Shown here: positions 38,605-39,269 of the stretch, piece after piece
Layout: each line of letters begins with the position of its first letter
How positions within the stretch are numbered: the first letter of the stretch is position 1
UHGV virus genome: UHGV-0135878
Length of the DNA stretch: 39,269 bases
Strand: one strand, 5' to 3'
From: a virus
Position numbers and translations under genes: made by a program
Notes under the pieces: model-generated
Databases searched by the model: none
The model's input: only the letters and a program-made list of their open reading frames with translations
What the model was told of the DNA's origin: nothing

Positions 38605-38982
38605 GTGAAACATAAACAACGTTGGGCGGGGGCAATCTGCTGTTTTGTCCTCTTCATTGTGGTGTGCCTTTTTCTGGCGACGCACATGAAAGGCGCTTTT
38701 CGGGCTGCCGGGCATCCTGAAATCGGCTTGCTATTTTTCATTCTTCCTGGAGCAGTTGCCAGTTTCTTTTCACAGCGTAGAGAAGTCCTGAAACCTCTAT
38801 TTGGCGCAATGCTGGCGGCACCCTGTTCAATGCTCATTATGCGGCTGTTTTTTTCACCGACGCGCTCATTCTGGCAAGAGCTGGCATGGTTACTAAGCGC
38901 GGTGTTCTGGTGTGCGCTGGGGGCACTGTGTTTCTTATTTATCAGTAGTTTGTTTAAACCACAGCACAGAAAAAATCAGTAA
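38605..38982 (+). CDS. ybjM: Inner membrane protein YbjM
   Basis: 125 aa, GTG start with RBS CAGGAGGA; hydrophobic; conserved between ybjL and grxA. Confidence 0.8.
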   Translation: MKHKQRWAGAICCFVLFIVVCLFLATHMKGAFRAAGHPEIGLLFFILPGAVASFFSQRREVLKPLFGAMLAAPCSMLIMRLFFSPTRSFWQELAWLLSAVFWCALGALCFLFISSLFKPQHRKNQ

Positions 38983-39011
38983 AGCCCTCAACGCGAGGGC
39001 TTGTCAGACGA

Positions 39012-39269
39012 TCAGGCGTCCAGATTTTCTTTCACCCATGCAGCAAAATCGGTATAGCCGCCGATATGTTGCTGATCGACAAAAATCTGCGGCACGGTTT
39101 CTACGGGTTTACCTGCCTTTTGTTGTAGATCTTCTTTAGTGATCCCTTCCGCACGAATATCTACATACTGATACTGAAAATCATCGCGTTCATTGCTCAA
39201 TTTCTCAGCCAGATCTTTTGCACGCACACAGTAAGGGCAACCCGAACGACCAAAAATAACGGTTTGCAT
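39012..39269 (-). CDS. grxA: Glutaredoxin 1
   Basis: 85 aa with CPYC active site, MQTVIFGRSGCPYCVRAK; start codon is the last three bases of the window. Confidence 0.9.
   Translation of the reverse strand: MQTVIFGRSGCPYCVRAKDLAEKLSNERDDFQYQYVDIRAEGITKEDLQQKAGKPVETVPQIFVDQQHIGGYTDFAAWVKENLDA

Noticed and set aside
1-39269. CRISPR array or tRNA gene at the integration site
   Set aside because: No regularly spaced short repeats and no tRNA-like sequence next to either att candidate; the prophage appears to have integrated into an intergenic region.

Overview
This window is an Escherichia coli chromosomal segment in which a ~35.8 kb P2/186-like temperate myovirus prophage sits between rcdA/ybjK (1-537) and ybjL-ybjM-grxA (36650-39269). 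The prophage looks complete: integrase, a 186-type immunity region (CI, Apl/Cox-like, CII), early genes with a Dam methylase, replication endonuclease A, a LexA-box-controlled Tum/DinI-like module, a cos-like site, the P2 head, lysis and tail gene set, a Gin/Hin-type invertase with an invertible tail-fibre segment, and ogr. Candidate att cores are a 23-bp imperfect direct repeat at 660-682 and 36415-36437. At least five compositionally AT-rich cargo loci interrupt the conserved backbone: (1) a Panacea/DUF4065 gene plus a 251-aa partner between attL and int; (2) a small secreted Cys-rich peptide gene directly after cI; (3) a 176-aa gene at the P2 old/tin position; (4) a two-gene operon (273-aa soluble protein plus 231-aa 2-TM membrane protein) between cos and the portal gene; (5) a standalone 401-aa SIR2-like protein between tail gene S and the V late promoter. 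Loci 4, 5 and 1 are the best candidates for an undescribed anti-phage or toxin system. All calls rest on reading the sequence and remembered family signatures; no database search was run, so novelty is unverified. Several start codons were moved from the ORF track where the track used upstream TTG/GTG starts.
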